A stretch of 64,000 bases of DNA from Hyphomicrobium sp. (GCA_016716675.1 JADJVG010000008.1:123134-187133); one strand, 5' to 3'. Counted from the stretch's first letter, positions 10,652 to 21,494 are shown. Notes: generated by a model not told the origin, from the letters alone. Made by a program: numbers and translations.

Positions 10652-11522
10652 GCGAATGATCGGCAACGGTGGAGGCAATCTCGACGCCGCGATTCATGGG
10701 GCCGGGATGCATAACGAGCGCATCCGGTTTGGCGCGCGCCAGCTTTTCGAGATCGAGCCCGAAGAAGTGGAAGAACTCGCGGCTGGACGGCACGTAAGAC
10801 GCTTCCATGCGCTCGCGCTGCAGGCGCAGCATCATGACGATGTCGGCGCCTTCGATGCCTTTCCACATGTCGGTGTAGACTTCGCAACCGAGCCGCTCGG
10901 GCGACGATGGCAGCAGCGTCGATGGCGCTATGATGCGCACATGCGCGCCGAGCGTGTTCAGCACGTTGATGTTGGAGCGCGCTACCCGCGAATGCAGGAT
11001 GTCGCCGCAGATCGCAACCGTCAGTCCCTCGATGCGGCCCTTGGCGCGGCGGATGGTGAGCGCGTCGAGCAGTGCCTGCGTCGGATGCTGATGGGCGCCG
11101 TCGCCGGCGTTGATGACCGAGCAGTCGACTTTTTGCGACAGCAGTTCGACCGCGCCCGCCGCGTGATGGCGCACGACGATGATGTCGGGCCGCATGGCGT
11201 TCAGCGTCACGGCGGTGTCGATCAGCGTCTCGCCCTTGGTGACGGACGACGTGGCGACGTTCATGTTCATGACGTCGGCGCTGAGGCGCTTGCCGGCCAT
11301 CTCAAACGACGCCTGCGTGCGCGTCGAACTTTCGAAGAACAGATTGATGAGTGTGCGGCCCGACAGCACGTCGCGCTTAGCGCCGCTTTGGCGGAAATGA
11401 TCGGCGGCTTTATCCGCGAGATCGAGCAGGAAATTGATTTCGGCTGCCGATAAACCTTCGCAGGTCAGCAGGTGGCGGCGCGGAAACCGCGTCAGCGCTT
11501 TGGTCTTGGATGATTGTGCCAT
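10599..11522 (-). CDS. pyrB: Aspartate carbamoyltransferase catalytic subunit, with aberrant C-terminus
   Basis: [32 protein letters not shown] motifs. After VAD the usual terminal helix (Q..MG..RMA.L) is absent and the frame reads into pyrC DNA. Confidence 0.92.
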   Translation of the reverse strand: MAQSSKTKALTRFPRRHLLTCEGLSAAEINFLLDLADKAADHFRQSGAKRDVLSGRTLINLFFESSTRTQASFEMAGKRLSADVMNMNVATSSVTKGETLIDTAVTLNAMRPDIIVVRHHAAGAVELLSQKVDCSVINAGDGAHQHPTQALLDALTIRRAKGRIEGLTVAICGDILHSRVARSNINVLNTLGAHVRIIAPSTLLPSSPERLGCEVYTDMWKGIEGADIVMMLRLQRERMEASYVPSSREFFHFFGLDLEKLARAKPDALVMHPGPMNRGVEIASTVADHSPYCRSGLRTRRPRRTAG

Positions 11523-11622
11523 TAAAGCGGTGTCTATACGGGGAGTCCGCACCGCCCGCAAGCGCCACCGGTCATCAAGTCACAGCGTGCTTAAGGCGAG
11601 GTCACCCGGCGTTCCAGCCGTC

Positions 11623-12837
11623 TTAAGTGAACAGCCACGACGAGACGCCGCCACGGCGCGCCAAATCGGCGAGATCGGCGTCAAACCCGGCAAACATCAG
11701 GTGCGTCGCATCGCGGTCGAGCCATGGCGCGTCGGATCGCGCCTCGCGATAAGGTTGCAGCAAAGTGCGCCATGCGCCTTGGTCAAAGATGCGGTCGTTA
11801 TTGGTCAGCGCCGGCAGGCGCTTCAAGTTTTGCTGGCTGGCCATCCAGGTGTAGGCGGCCTGCCAGACTTCGGTGGACGCCGCCATATTGTGACGGGCTT
11901 TCAACTGATTGATGGCAAGCACGCCGATCTCGCGCTGGTGCGGGCCAACTTCAAGCGTTGCAACGCGGCTGCCGTTGCGCTTGACGGAGAATAGGCGGCA
12001 TTTGTCGCGCACGATGCGTTCGCCGTATTGATCGGCACAATTCTGCATGGCCTGGGCTTCGGCCAGGATCGCCGGATGGTCCATCAACGGATCGAAGGAA
12101 TATCCGGCGGAGGCGCCGGGTTTGAGCCAGGGATCGGTGATGATGCCCGGCGGCAGCTGCAAGACCAGCCGGACCCGGTTGAACCAACTCTTGGCCGCGC
12201 ACAGCGCGGTATCGAAGGCAATTTCCTGCCGCCACGGCACGACAATAAGTTTGTGCGCAGCAGTTTCGGGATGGCTTGAGAACCACGCATAGGCGGCAAC
12301 GACCGCGATGAGCTTCTCGGCGTCGCCATCGACCGCGAATACCGGCTGGCCGGCGAGCCAGATCGCAAAATCTTCGTGGCAGGCGCGTTCGGCAAACAGC
12401 ACGGCTGTCAGCCAGAACGCACTCTCGCGATTGTAGACCGGCAACCGGCTGGCGATGCGCCGGCCAAAGGCTTCCGATTTCGGCAGGCTATCGGGCAGCG
12501 AGACGAATGCTTCGGGCGGCAGACGCCGCAACCACATCGGCAGTTCCAGCGCCCGTGCCACGACTTTCAATTGAGCGCCGCTCTCGATCAACGACGTGGC
12601 ATGCAGGCGCGCCGGAACGTTGCCGCGCCGGCTGGCGAGCGCGAAGAGAATGCCGGGGAAAACGGTTGCGAGGTCGGCGATGCGCGACGACGATTTGACG
12701 AGACGGCGAACTTCGCGGCGGATTGATTGAGGAAAACGCCGAACGGCGCATTCGACCTCGGTTGAAACAGCAAGCCGCTCGGCACGCATGACGGTTGCGC
12801 GCGGTGCGTACTCGGGAAGTCTCACAACGTCACTCAT
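11623..12837 (-). CDS. Hypothetical protein with PcfJ-like C-terminal domain
   Basis: EAQAMQNCADQY...CRLFSV...VATLEV...QLKARHN matches the PcfJ-like pattern (M.HC..Y...T.E...Q..g..N). Confidence 0.65.
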   Translation of the reverse strand: MSDVVRLPEYAPRATVMRAERLAVSTEVECAVRRFPQSIRREVRRLVKSSSRIADLATVFPGILFALASRRGNVPARLHATSLIESGAQLKVVARALELPMWLRRLPPEAFVSLPDSLPKSEAFGRRIASRLPVYNRESAFWLTAVLFAERACHEDFAIWLAGQPVFAVDGDAEKLIAVVAAYAWFSSHPETAAHKLIVVPWRQEIAFDTALCAAKSWFNRVRLVLQLPPGIITDPWLKPGASAGYSFDPLMDHPAILAEAQAMQNCADQYGERIVRDKCRLFSVKRNGSRVATLEVGPHQREIGVLAINQLKARHNMAASTEVWQAAYTWMASQQNLKRLPALTNNDRIFDQGAWRTLLQPYREARSDAPWLDRDATHLMFAGFDADLADLARRGGVSSWLFT

Positions 12838-12951
12838 AGCAACGGTCCGCTACCACAATCACATCCACTCAGACCTTACGTAAGTGTAAAGTGGTGGAGT
12901 AATGCGGCGGCGGTGCGACGCTGCCTGGACGAAAGCGTGAAGTGCCGATGT

Positions 12952-13458
12952 TTAAGGGGAAATCTGATTGCGCATGCGATCCAGCGCGCCTTGAAGAATC
13001 AAGGTTGCGGCCAATTTATCAATGACTTCAGCGCGCCGTTTGCGGGTCTGATCTGCGTCGATCAACATGCGCTCGGCAATTGCAGTCGTCAGTCGCTCAT
13101 CCCACAACAAAACGGGAAGTGGCGATAACTTGTTGAGATTGCGGGCAAGAGCGCGCGTTGCCTGGGCGCGGGGGCCTTCGTTGCCATCGAGATTGCGTGG
13201 AAAGCCGAGCACCAGTCCGGTCACGCCATGCGTCTGGCAGAGCGCAAACAGCCTCTCCATATCGGCGGCGAATTTGCGCCTCTCGATTGTTTCAAGGGCC
13301 GATGCGATCGTGCGAGTCACATCCGACAATGCCAAGCCATAGGTCTTGGTGCCGGCATCGATGCCAATCAGCCGCCCTGTGCCCGCGACGGCATCGCGGA
13401 AAACCGCGATATCCTCGGTTGTTAACGCGGTCGAAACACTTTGCGGGCCGTCGCTCAT
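12952..13458 (-). CDS. ruvX: RuvX/YqgF resolvase-like nuclease
   Basis: LIGIDAGTKTYGLALSD, WDERLTT, VIDKLAATLILQ motifs. Confidence 0.95.
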   Translation of the reverse strand: MSDGPQSVSTALTTEDIAVFRDAVAGTGRLIGIDAGTKTYGLALSDVTRTIASALETIERRKFAADMERLFALCQTHGVTGLVLGFPRNLDGNEGPRAQATRALARNLNKLSPLPVLLWDERLTTAIAERMLIDADQTRKRRAEVIDKLAATLILQGALDRMRNQISP

Positions 13459-13505
13459 AAATACTTTCTGGTGGGGGCTTGCTCGAGTGGCAGGAGTATC
13501 TGAGT

Positions 13506-15797
13506 ATGTATGCGACGCTTACGGGCGCGTCTTTCGCAGGACGACTGGCGACCGTTCGCGGCCAGGCTGCGGTGTTAGCCATTTTTACGGCAACCCTGTT
13601 CCTCTCAGCCCTGCTGCTGTTCTCCGTCCAGCCCATGTTCGCGAAGATGGTACTGCCGCAACTCGGTGGTTCACCGAGCGTATGGGCGGTCTCGACCTGT
13701 TTCTTTCAAGCCGTGCTGCTCGCCGGATACTGCTACGCGCACGTGCTCAATCGCTTCGTTGAACCGCGCCTTGCGCCGCTCGTTCATCTTGCCGTGTTGA
13801 CGCTTGCCTATCTCGCAATGCCGATCGGGCTGCCGGCCGGCGCCTCCGAGCCGCCCGCCGATGGTGCGTATCTGTGGTTGATCGGAATTCTGGCCGCTGG
13901 CGTTGGTTTGCCGTTCTTCGCGGTTTCCGCAAACGCTCCGCTTTTGCAAGCCTGGTTCAGCCGCACTGGCAACCCGCATGCCAACGATCCGTACTTCCTC
14001 TATGGCGCATCGAACCTTGGCAGTCTTCTGGCGCTGCTCAGCTATCCGGTCGTCATCGAGCCGGTGCTGGGCCTTGGCGAACAATCGAATGTCTGGACGT
14101 TCGGCTTCTTGCTGCTGGTGACCACCATTGCGGTCTCGGGCGTGATTATGGTCGCGCTTGGTCGCGAAACGCCCGTCGCAGTTCAAGCAGCACCGGAAAG
14201 CGTTGTTGAAGACGCTGCGCCAAGCGTCTTGCAGCGGGCGCGCTGGGTGCTGTTTGCGGCCATACCGTCAGGTCTGCTGGTCGCGTTCACCACGCACCTT
14301 TCGACCGATATCGCGGCGGCCCCATTCCTGTGGGTTGTGCCGCTGGCCATGTTCCTGCTGACGTTCGTGCTGGTGTTCCGCGACAAGCCGGTCATTCAGC
14401 ATGGCATTCTCGTGCGCATTCAGCCGTTGTTGGTTTCGGTGACCATCCTGTCGCTGATCGCCACGATGTTCGACTGGTGGCAATCGAGCCTCGTTGCGTT
14501 CTCGTCGTTCCTGGTGACGACGCTGGTTGCGCACCGTGCGCTCTATGAAGATCGCCCGGCAGCCAGCTACCTGACGGCGTTCTATCTGTGGATGTCGCTC
14601 GGCGGCGCATTGGGCGGCATCTTTGCGGCCATCATCGCGCCGCAGATTTTCAATGCGACGTATGAATTCCCGCTGCTCTTGACCCTCGGCATGCTCTGCC
14701 GTCCGGGCGTGTTCAGCGACCTCGATGAAACTGAAAAGCGTATGCTCGGCATCGGCGCTCTCATGTCGGTGTGTGCGCTCGGCTTCGGCTTCATGATCCA
14801 GTATACCCAGTCGGATCAGCAGGCCATGATGGTCGGCGTCTATACGATCGCAGTCGGCTCGGTGTTCCTGATTGCCTACAGCCAGTATGCCAAATTGCAG
14901 ATCCTGATAATCGGCGCACTGGCAGCGGTCGCGATGTTCCTGCCGTCAAGCCTCAATCGCGGCGAACCTTCGCGCAGTTTCTTCGGTGTGATCCGCGTAC
15001 TCGAAAGCGAGAATGGCGATGTGCGCCGCTTGCTGCATGGCACCACCAGTCACGGCGCCCAGCGTCTCAAGGATGCCAACGGCAAAGTCATTATGCCGCC
15101 TGTGCCGGCGACCTACTATCACCCGGCGTCGCCAATGGCGATGGCGGTCGGCGTGGCGCGCAATGCAAGCGGCAAGCCGTCTTCGCAATTTCGTGGTGGC
15201 ATCATTGGGCTCGGTGTCGGCTCCATGGCCTGCTATGCAAAACCGGAAGAGACTTGGCGCTATTATGAAATCGACGCCGCGGTGGTCGCAGTCGCGGCCG
15301 ACCTGAAGCGCTTTAACTTCCTGTCGGCCTGCCGCCCGAACGCTGACATCGTGTTGGGGGATGCGCGCCTGACGGTTGCCAAGGAGCAGCCGGCAAGCTT
15401 CGACTATCTGCAGATCGATGCGTTCTCGTCCGATTCAGTGCCGACCCATTTGCTGACGGCCGAAGCGCTGAAGCTTTACCTCAGCAAGCTGACCGATAAG
15501 GGGGTTCTGGCGATCCACGTCTCGAACCGCCACCTTGACCTGGCACCGGTCGCGGCTGCCGCGGCGTTCGCGACACCCGGAACGTCGGTCGCCATCGTGA
15601 AAAGCAACCCGAAAGTGGTCTCCCTCGATTCGGCTCCCTCGGTGGTCGTGATCGTCACCAAAGACCCGGCCTCGATCGCACCGGTCAAGGACTGGCAGGG
15701 TGCCACGATGCAGGACGCCGCCACCGTGACCGCCTGGACGGACGACTATTCCGACATCATCTCGGCTCTCTGGCGCGTCTACGGGCCGAAACATTAG
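13506..15797 (+). CDS. Fused MFS-like membrane domain / spermidine-synthase-like SAM methyltransferase
   Basis: Multi-TM N-terminus (FSVQPMFAKMVLPQLGGSPSVW); C-terminal GIIGLGVGSMA, YEIDAAV, GDARL, IDAFSSD and WTDD motifs. Confidence 0.88.
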   Translation: MYATLTGASFAGRLATVRGQAAVLAIFTATLFLSALLLFSVQPMFAKMVLPQLGGSPSVWAVSTCFFQAVLLAGYCYAHVLNRFVEPRLAPLVHLAVLTLAYLAMPIGLPAGASEPPADGAYLWLIGILAAGVGLPFFAVSANAPLLQAWFSRTGNPHANDPYFLYGASNLGSLLALLSYPVVIEPVLGLGEQSNVWTFGFLLLVTTIAVSGVIMVALGRETPVAVQAAPESVVEDAAPSVLQRARWVLFAAIPSGLLVAFTTHLSTDIAAAPFLWVVPLAMFLLTFVLVFRDKPVIQHGILVRIQPLLVSVTILSLIATMFDWWQSSLVAFSSFLVTTLVAHRALYEDRPAASYLTAFYLWMSLGGALGGIFAAIIAPQIFNATYEFPLLLTLGMLCRPGVFSDLDETEKRMLGIGALMSVCALGFGFMIQYTQSDQQAMMVGVYTIAVGSVFLIAYSQYAKLQILIIGALAAVAMFLPSSLNRGEPSRSFFGVIRVLESENGDVRRLLHGTTSHGAQRLKDANGKVIMPPVPATYYHPASPMAMAVGVARNASGKPSSQFRGGIIGLGVGSMACYAKPEETWRYYEIDAAVVAVAADLKRFNFLSACRPNADIVLGDARLTVAKEQPASFDYLQIDAFSSDSVPTHLLTAEALKLYLSKLTDKGVLAIHVSNRHLDLAPVAAAAAFATPGTSVAIVKSNPKVVSLDSAPSVVVIVTKDPASIAPVKDWQGATMQDAATVTAWTDDYSDIISALWRVYGPKH

Positions 15798-15842
15798 GCA
15801 TTTGGCGGGGCAGACCCGCCCCGGCCATTCCGAACGGACTTT

Positions 15843-15876
15843 GGGGCGCCGCTGGTTCAGCGGCGCCTCTTGCGTT
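15843..15876 (+). terminator. Putative intrinsic terminator
   Basis: Hairpin GGGGCGCCGCTG-gtt-CAGCGGCGCCTC followed by a T-rich tail, shortly after a stop codon. Confidence 0.5.
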
Positions 15877-16018
15877 TGGGGGCCGCCAGGGCCGGCTGGC
15901 TATCCAAAGCGCCGCAGGCCTCCCGCCCGATTGCCCCGCCCGGTTGCGTTGATGCCTCGGAGGCAGCTATGAGTGCGGGAATACCAATTCCAAGCTCCAG
16001 CCATCCGGGGAAGAAGTC

Positions 16019-16306
16019 ATGCAGGTCGACGAAGCGACCGTCCGGCGCATTGCGCGCCTTGCGCGGATCAAGGTCACCGACGCCGAGGCCAAGGGTCTCG
16101 AAACTGAGCTGACGCAGATCTTACAGTGGGTTGAGCAACTCGGCGAAGTCGATACGTCTTCGGTCGAGCCGATGACGCGCGTGGTGCCGTCCGCGATGAC
16201 CATGCGCGACGACGTGATTACGGACGGCGAGATGGCCAGCGCCGTTACCGCCAATGCGCCGATGTCGGAAGACGGATTTTTCGTCGTCCCGAAAATCGTG
16301 GAGTAG
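16019..16306 (+). CDS. gatC: Asp/Glu-tRNA amidotransferase subunit C
   Basis: [10 protein letters not shown]...[19 protein letters not shown]...NAP...FFVVPKIVE. Confidence 0.96.
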   Translation: MQVDEATVRRIARLARIKVTDAEAKGLETELTQILQWVEQLGEVDTSSVEPMTRVVPSAMTMRDDVITDGEMASAVTANAPMSEDGFFVVPKIVE

Positions 16307-16310
16307 GTCG

Positions 16311-16718
16311 ATGCGTACCCTCACCGCCGCAATCGTGTTCGCATCTGTCGCGTCCGTCTCTGCGCAAGCTGACGTGGCCGTGGTGAAGGGCACGTTCGTT
16401 GGTGCTGGCACGTATGCGACCGATGAGGGATGCAAGAAGCTGGCGGCGCTCGCCGCGGGCGGCGACAAGAATGTCGGCACCGTGCCGGAGACGCTGACCG
16501 AAGACGGTTTCGAGGGCTGGGAAGGCTCGTGCACCTTCACGTCGTTCACCGAAATTGAAAAAGGCAAAAAGTGGAAAGTGCTGATGCATTGCACAGATGG
16601 CCCTGACGAGGGGCCGGAGAGCGATATCTTCGAACGCTTGCCTGACGGCAAATTGAAAGTGACTGTCATGGACAACGCGACGATTTTTCAGCGCTGCGAC
16701 ACTGACAAGGGAAACTAG
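16311..16718 (+). CDS. Secreted hypothetical protein (4 Cys) inserted between gatC and gatA
   Basis: Signal peptide MRTLTAAIVFASVASVSAQA; starts 4 nt after the gatC stop and ends 3 nt before gatA. Confidence 0.8.
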   Translation: MRTLTAAIVFASVASVSAQADVAVVKGTFVGAGTYATDEGCKKLAALAAGGDKNVGTVPETLTEDGFEGWEGSCTFTSFTEIEKGKKWKVLMHCTDGPDEGPESDIFERLPDGKLKVTVMDNATIFQRCDTDKGN

Positions 16719-16721
16719 TTC

Positions 16722-18221
16722 GTGACCGATCTAACCAAACTGACGCTAACGGAAGCCCGTGACGGCCTAGCGAAGAAAACCTTCACATCTACCGAGCTGA
16801 CGGATGCTTTCATCGCGGCCATCGACAGGGCCAATCCCGCGATCAATGCTTGTGTTATGACGACGCCCGAACACGCGCGCGCCCAGGCCAAGGAAAGCGA
16901 CAAGCGCATCGCTGCCGGTGAAGCTGGTCTGCTCGAAGGATTGCCGCTTGGCAATAAGGACCTATTCTGCACCAAGGGTATCCGCACCACGGCGTGCTCC
17001 AAGATCCTCGGCAATTTCATCCCGCAGTATGAATCGACCGTTGGTCAGAACCTGTGGAACGCAGGCGCGGTCATGCTCGGCAAGCTCAACAACGATGAAT
17101 TCGCGATGGGCTCATCGAACGAGACGAGCGCCTTCGGCAACGTCGTCTCGCCCTGGCGCCGCAACGGCAAAGATGGCAAGCCGACAACAGACAAGCTGGT
17201 GCCCGGCGGGTCTTCGGGCGGCTCGTCGGCAGCAGTGGCGGCGGATCTCTGCCTTGCCGCAACAGCGACCGACACCGGCGGATCAATCCGCCAGCCGGCA
17301 GCGTTGACGGGTACCGTCGGCATCAAGCCGACTTATGGCCGGTGTTCGCGCTGGGGCATCGTGGCGTTTGCATCATCGCTGGATCAGGCTGGGCCGATTA
17401 CCAAAACCGTGCGGGACGCCGCCTTGATGCTGAAGGTCATGGCCAGCCACGATTCCAAGGATACGACGTCGGTTGACGCGCCGGTGCCCGATTACGAAGC
17501 GGCGCTGAGCAAGGGCATCAAAGGTCTGCGCATCGGCGTGCCGAAAGAGTACCGCGTCGAGGGCATGTCGAAGGAAATCGAGAAACTCTGGGATGACGGC
17601 ATCGCCTGGCTGAAGGCTGCGGGCGCGACCATTCACGACATCTCTCTGCCGCACACCAAATACGCGCTGCCCGCCTATTATATCGTGGCGCCTGCTGAAG
17701 CGTCGTCGAACCTCGCGCGTTATGACGGTATGCGCTACGGCCTGCGCGTGCCGGGTGATAATCTCACCGATACCTACGAAAAGACCCGCGCCGAAGGTTT
17801 CGGCAAGGAAGTCCGCCGCCGTATCCTGATCGGCACTTATGTGCTGTCGGCCGGATATTACGATGCCTACTATCTGAAGGCCCAGAAGGTGCGCACGCTT
17901 ATCAAGCGCGACTTCGACAATGCCTGGGCGAATGTCGATGTGGTGCTGACGCCGACGACGCCGTCACCCGCGTTTGCGTTCGGCGAGAAGACCGGTGATC
18001 CGCTGGCGATGTATCTCGAAGATATTTTCACGGTCACCGTCAACATGGCTGGCCTGCCCGGCATGTCGGTGCCGGCGGGGCTATCGTCGCAAGGTACGCC
18101 GCTCGGCCTGCAGCTCATTGGCAAGCCGTTTGACGAAGAAACGCTGTTCCGCGCCGCACAGGCGATCGAAGATGCCGCCGGACGCTTCAAGGCTCCTGGC
18201 AACTGGTGGATGAAAGGCTGA
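16722..18221 (+). CDS. gatA: Asp/Glu-tRNA amidotransferase subunit A
   Basis: Amidase signature [31 protein letters not shown]. Confidence 0.97.
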   Translation: MTDLTKLTLTEARDGLAKKTFTSTELTDAFIAAIDRANPAINACVMTTPEHARAQAKESDKRIAAGEAGLLEGLPLGNKDLFCTKGIRTTACSKILGNFIPQYESTVGQNLWNAGAVMLGKLNNDEFAMGSSNETSAFGNVVSPWRRNGKDGKPTTDKLVPGGSSGGSSAAVAADLCLAATATDTGGSIRQPAALTGTVGIKPTYGRCSRWGIVAFASSLDQAGPITKTVRDAALMLKVMASHDSKDTTSVDAPVPDYEAALSKGIKGLRIGVPKEYRVEGMSKEIEKLWDDGIAWLKAAGATIHDISLPHTKYALPAYYIVAPAEASSNLARYDGMRYGLRVPGDNLTDTYEKTRAEGFGKEVRRRILIGTYVLSAGYYDAYYLKAQKVRTLIKRDFDNAWANVDVVLTPTTPSPAFAFGEKTGDPLAMYLEDIFTVTVNMAGLPGMSVPAGLSSQGTPLGLQLIGKPFDEETLFRAAQAIEDAAGRFKAPGNWWMKG

Positions 18222-18589
18222 TGATGGACCCGAAACGCCCGTGGGAATGCGCCGACATGAGCCAGGTGCGCGCCGAAATCGACCGCATCGATGCAGCGCT
18301 CGTTGACCTGATCGCCGAACGCTTCGGTTACGTCGATCGAGCATGGCAACTTAAGGTCAACTCAAGCGAAGGCGCGGTTGTGAACTGGCGCATTCAGCAG
18401 GTGATCGATCGCGTCAAGGAGCGCGCCAAGCAGCGTGAATTACCGCCCGATATTGTCGATATGGTCGGTGCGCAGTGGAAGAACATGATCGGCTGGTTCG
18501 TGCAGTACGAAGAAGAAAATCTCCGCCAGGCGCAGGAAAAGAAGGCCTCCGCCACGAGCGGGGATGCAGGTGACGCCGATGGGGCCTGA
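18221..18589 (+). CDS. Chorismate mutase type II / isochorismate-pyruvate-lyase family
   Basis: MSQVRAEIDRIDAALVDLIAER pattern; start overlaps the gatA stop. Confidence 0.8.
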   Translation: MMDPKRPWECADMSQVRAEIDRIDAALVDLIAERFGYVDRAWQLKVNSSEGAVVNWRIQQVIDRVKERAKQRELPPDIVDMVGAQWKNMIGWFVQYEEENLRQAQEKKASATSGDAGDADGA

Positions 18590-18872
18590 CCTTCAAACAG
18601 ACGTCAATTTGCTGGAACTTGCCGCCTATGCGGTGCTCAATCCGGCGACGGTGGCGGTTTCGTTCTGGATCGGCCGGCAGGCGAACGAGAAGCAAAAAAT
18701 CTGGATCGCTGCGTTTGCCGGTGCGCTTGCCGGCATCGTGCTGATTTATTTCGCGGCCTTGCTGCAGATCTGGGATGCGCCGCAACTCGGCCGCGCGGGC
18801 GGTGGCATTTTTGCAGCGTCGCTGGTCGCGGGCTTGCTCTACGGCTGGATCGGGCACGCCACGCGGAAATGA
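18579..18872 (+). CDS. Small membrane protein (about 3 TM)
   Basis: Hydrophobic segments; overlaps the upstream stop, consistent with an operon. Confidence 0.7.
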   Translation: MGPDLQTDVNLLELAAYAVLNPATVAVSFWIGRQANEKQKIWIAAFAGALAGIVLIYFAALLQIWDAPQLGRAGGGIFAASLVAGLLYGWIGHATRK

Positions 18873-18964
18873 CCTGCCAGGCAGGATAAGGTTCAGCGAC
18901 CAGCGTTTCGAATTGAGGCATAAAACGCTTGCGTATTCATCGCTTGTGCACCGGATACGTCGTG

Positions 18965-19204
18965 CGCCGTAACGCGGTCTAAACCCTGCTCTGCTAGTCT
19001 CTCCTCAGATGCGACTGCCGGTCCTTAAAACACTCCGGTATTTGACGTTACGGGTTTGAGTTTGCGGGTGCCTTCGGCAACGGTGGCGCCCGCCGCGTCC
19101 TCCTCAATGGCATGGTTGTTGACCACGCGAGTGTCATTCGAGGTTCTTGCCGGTCGAAAGTCCGGCAATTCTGCAAAAGGGTGTCCCGCGAGGGGCACCC
19201 TTTT
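18965..19204 (+). ncRNA. Candidate structured small RNA
   Basis: Consecutive hairpins at 19064-19093 (GCAA loop), 19099-19143, 19147-19168 (GAAA loop) and 19175-19204 (GCGA loop plus TTTT, terminator-like); CTCCTC motifs; no convincing ORF. The 5' end is approximate. Confidence 0.6.
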
Positions 19205-19302
19205 CGGCGTTCTGGGCCAGCTTGCGGGTTGCGCTGTCGGTCGCCATTGCCTCTTGGTTCGGCCTGCGCTAACGCTCGGGTTGAAGACAGGAGAACGTAC
19301 GA

Positions 19303-20799
19303 ATGGCCTCGGCGAATACATCAGCATCTGCAACGTCGTCCAACCTCATCCCCGGCGCTACCGGCGACTGGGAACTGGTGATCGGGCTTGAAGTGCATGC
19401 TCAGGTCGCGTCCAACTCGAAGCTGTTCTCAGGCTCGTCAACGCAATTCGGCGCAGAGCCCAACAGCCACGTGTCGCTGGTGGATGCCGCGATGCCCGGA
19501 ATGTTGCCAGTCATCAACAAGGAGTGCGTGGCGCAGGCGATCCGCACCGGCCTCGGGCTGAAAGCCCAGATCAACAACCGCAGCATTTTTGATCGCAAGA
19601 ATTACTTCTATCCGGACCTGCCGCAGGGCTATCAGATTTCGCAGTACAAGCATCCGGTCGTCGGCGAAGGCGAAGTCGAGATCGATGCGGACGGCGAGAC
19701 GATGCGCGTCGGCATCGAGCGCCTGCACTTAGAGCAGGATGCCGGCAAGTCGCTGCATGACCAGCACCCGGATTATTCGTACGTCGATCTCAACCGCTCG
19801 GGCGTTGCGCTGATGGAGATCGTGTCGAAGCCCGACATGCGTTCCTCCAAGCAGGCGCAAGCCTATGTCACCAAGCTGCGCACCATTCTGCGCTATCTCG
19901 GAACGTGCGATGGCGACATGGAGAAGGGCAACCTCAGGGCCGACGTCAACGTGTCGGTGCGCAAGCCCGGCGGACCGCTCGGCACGCGCTGCGAAATCAA
20001 GAACGTCAATTCCATCCGCTTCATTGGTCAGGCCATCGAAGTCGAAGCCCGCCGCCAAATCGACATCATCGAAGATGGCGGCACGATCGATCAGGAAACC
20101 CGCCTGTTCGATGCCGCCAAGGGCGAGACCCGCTCGATGCGCTCGAAGGAAGAGGCGCACGACTATCGCTATTTCCCCGATCCCGATTTGCTGCCCCTCG
20201 AGCTGACGCAGGCGTTTGTTGATGATCTGAAAGCCCACCTGCCGGAACTGCCGGACGAAAAACGCGCTCGCTTCGTAAAGGATTTCGGGCTGTCGGTTTA
20301 TGACGCCAACGTGCTGGTCGCCGAACGTGAGCGCGCCGACTATTTCGAAACGGTTCTGGGCCTCGTCAAAGACGGCAAGCAGAACGGCAAGCTGGCGGCC
20401 AACTGGGTCATCAACGAACTCCTCGGCCGCTTGAACAAAGAAGGCCAGGACATCGCCGACAGCAAAATTACGCCGCAGCAGATTGCCGGCATCGTCAACC
20501 TGATCGCGTCGAACGCCATTTCGGGCAAGATCGCCAAGGATCTGTTTGAGATCGTATGGACCGAGGGCGGCGACCCGGCAGAGATCGTCGATAAGCGTGG
20601 CATGAAGCAGGTCACCGACACCGGCGCCATCGAAAAGGCGGTTGACGACATCATCGCCGCCAATCCGGAAAAGGTTGAGCAGGCCAAGGCGAAACCGTCG
20701 ATGCTCGGCTGGTTCGTCGGGCAGGTTATGAAATCAACGGGCGGCAAAGCCAACCCGGCAGCGGTTAACGACATCTTGAAGAGCAAGCTCGGTATCTGA
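19303..20799 (+). CDS. gatB: Asp/Glu-tRNA amidotransferase subunit B
   Basis: [59 protein letters not shown]. Confidence 0.98.
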   Translation: MASANTSASATSSNLIPGATGDWELVIGLEVHAQVASNSKLFSGSSTQFGAEPNSHVSLVDAAMPGMLPVINKECVAQAIRTGLGLKAQINNRSIFDRKNYFYPDLPQGYQISQYKHPVVGEGEVEIDADGETMRVGIERLHLEQDAGKSLHDQHPDYSYVDLNRSGVALMEIVSKPDMRSSKQAQAYVTKLRTILRYLGTCDGDMEKGNLRADVNVSVRKPGGPLGTRCEIKNVNSIRFIGQAIEVEARRQIDIIEDGGTIDQETRLFDAAKGETRSMRSKEEAHDYRYFPDPDLLPLELTQAFVDDLKAHLPELPDEKRARFVKDFGLSVYDANVLVAERERADYFETVLGLVKDGKQNGKLAANWVINELLGRLNKEGQDIADSKITPQQIAGIVNLIASNAISGKIAKDLFEIVWTEGGDPAEIVDKRGMKQVTDTGAIEKAVDDIIAANPEKVEQAKAKPSMLGWFVGQVMKSTGGKANPAAVNDILKSKLGI

Positions 20800-20850
20800 C
20801 GCGCCAGCCGGCAGTTCACCGCCGGTTCGCACGGCGCCTGTGGGGGCACC

Positions 20851-21435
20851 ATGGAACTGCCAAACTGTCTCGACTGCAAATATGCGGAGCAGGGCTTTCC
20901 CTGCCACAAGGCCGACGGCAGTTTCGATTTTGCCAAAGTCGGAACGGCTGTCGTTCTGCACGGCCGGACGTACGGAGTCGACGGCGAGAACATTGATCCG
21001 TCCGGGCGTGACGAACACGCCTGGGCCGCTGATTGCGCGTTCGAAGTTGAGCAGGATTACCCGCATCTGTTGATCCCGCTGACGGTCGCCGCCATGGATG
21101 CGTGCGAGACGGCGCAAGACGCGGCATACGTCGCCGCCGGTTTGCTTGAGAACGCCGTCGTCAAACATGGGCCGCTGCTGATCGATCAGATCGAGGCGCT
21201 GGCGAAGCACAGCGCAAAGTTCCGCTACTTCCTGTCGGCCATCTGGGGGCAGGTGCGCACGGACCCGGGCGTGTGGACGCGGGTGTGCGCAGCGGTTGGC
21301 ACGCACGGACTAATGGATGATGACGGGCGCTGCCCTTCGAGCGGCGAAGGCGTAACGGTGCTGACCGCCGATGAGGCGCAGACCCTATTGCGCGAGCGCA
21401 TCTGGCCGGCGATGTCCAAGCTTGGTATCGCCTGA
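20851..21435 (+). CDS. Hypothetical protein, DUF6869-like
   Basis: VAAGLLENAVVKHG...IDQIEALA...F...LSAIW resembles the AAG.LE....HG...I..IE..A....F...L..VW pattern; Cys-rich N-terminus. Confidence 0.55.
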   Translation: MELPNCLDCKYAEQGFPCHKADGSFDFAKVGTAVVLHGRTYGVDGENIDPSGRDEHAWAADCAFEVEQDYPHLLIPLTVAAMDACETAQDAAYVAAGLLENAVVKHGPLLIDQIEALAKHSAKFRYFLSAIWGQVRTDPGVWTRVCAAVGTHGLMDDDGRCPSSGEGVTVLTADEAQTLLRERIWPAMSKLGIA

Positions 21436-21494
21436 CGCTGTTCATCTCGTGATGAGAGATCTTATCGAGATCTGAATTTTTTAGCGGCGGGCAC

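Noticed and set aside
19025-19391. ORFs of 89-111 aa on both strands before gatB
   Set aside because: No RBS, motif or coding bias; the region is better explained by RNA stems.
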